Source of the DNA: Rhizodiscina lignyota | Taxonomy: Eukaryota | NCBI GenBank assembly: GCA_010015805.1 | Contig: ML978127.1 | Location: forward strand, 1,178,001-1,242,000 | Reading direction: 5' to 3' | DNA: 64,000 nucleotides | Part shown: positions 63,082-64,000 of the stretch, piece by piece | Position numbering within the stretch: position 1 is the first letter of the stretch | Layout of the letters: the number at the start of each line of letters is the position of its first letter | The notes under the pieces: model-generated | Told to the model about the DNA's origin: nothing | The model's database searches: none | The model's input: only the letters and a program-made list of their open reading frames with translations | Made by a program: the position numbers and the translations under genes

Positions 63082-64000
63082 TCTATTGAAAGAAGTTGAG
63101 ATTATATATGAGGTTGTAACTGGTTAAAGAAGTGCCAAGCCTGGAGGTTGACGCGGCTGGAGCTTAGCAGTTGGAGTGAAACAACATAGTAGAAGGAAGA
63201 AACAGATAACAGTAGTGGAGAGTAAGAGGGATGCCCGATTCGAGTTGCGAATTCCAAAAGGGCCAGTGGCTTTAAGCACTACTTAATTCCTCACCGACAT
63301 CGGTGATGTTTGAGAGTTTGAGATCGGAAGTCATACTGAGCCATTGTTCACACGATTGACTCTGAGCCAATTGCGCTTGTCAGCTGAAAGATCTTTTCGC
63401 AACGAGTCGACGAGATCTCAAGATCTTGAGGAAGACTGTGGAACTTGTGAATTGAGGTTCCTGCCGTTGCCGTTACTTTGCTTTCTACTAATGAGAAAGG
63501 ATGAGTGAGCTCGACGTCGACGACAAGGAGTATCGTATGTAACGGACTATGTTCCACAATCGGCCCAGGAGGTACGAGAGCCATGACTGGCATCTGTTCA
63601 CGCCGCATTGAGTCTCTACTGCACTTCCCCTTCGGGCCATTGTAGGTCGTATATTGAGATGCGTTTGCTGTCTGTTTCAAGCTACACATGTCCCTGTGTT
63701 AATAATCTATGCAGGCGATACGAGCTGCTCTCTGCAAAGTCCAATGAGGGTTACCTGAACCTGTAGGACCACATCGGCGGTTCGTATGTATTCATCGCTT
63801 CAGTCGGCGATAATTTACCTGCGGCTTGCGAACGCCAACTTGTTGAGTAGTCGGCTCCTGAGGACGGGGGCGGATTATTGCGATAGAGGTTAATGGTCCC
63901 TCGTAGCTGAACGAACATTCCGTAACCGCCATCACGACGCTACCGATGAGCCGGTGCGCACGTGAAGATAAGTCGCTTAGATGAAATAGCCCCAGAAGAG

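Noticed and set aside
1..64000. tRNA, rRNA, CRISPR arrays, transposase or reverse-transcriptase ORFs
   Set aside because: None recognised by eye. Small ncRNAs cannot be excluded without tRNAscan-SE and Infernal.

Overview
This is eukaryotic DNA from a filamentous ascomycete. It has short GT-AG introns with CTRAC/CTAAT branch sites and Pezizomycotina-type genes; a Dothideomycete origin is my inference only. I rebuilt about 13 apparently intact genes by hand-splicing: the 3' part of a Zn(II)2Cys6 transcription factor, FMP46, a ~1950-aa RRM/low-complexity protein, a two-finger C2H2 factor, a Gin4/Hsl1-type kinase, a small conserved protein, a dienelactone hydrolase, a secreted GH31 glycosidase, mtfA, a membrane-anchored SGNH-like protein, CHS4/SKT5, CBP4 and an acidic/basic orphan. 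Two accessory patches (~2.7-5.0 kb and ~32-35.5 kb) hold three related, disrupted F-box genes, two with apparent hydrophobic C-termini, plus a decayed HET-domain gene. The most unusual signals are a 267-nt GH31 intron closed by an inverted repeat (introner- or MITE-like), a 1.38-kb AUG-free leader with an in-frame UUG before the C2H2 gene, an out-of-frame AUG overlapping the mtfA start, and a hydrolase carrying both a mitochondrial presequence and a PTS1-like end. I recognised no rRNA, tRNA, CRISPR array or intact transposase. Nothing here is confirmed as a new biological system.
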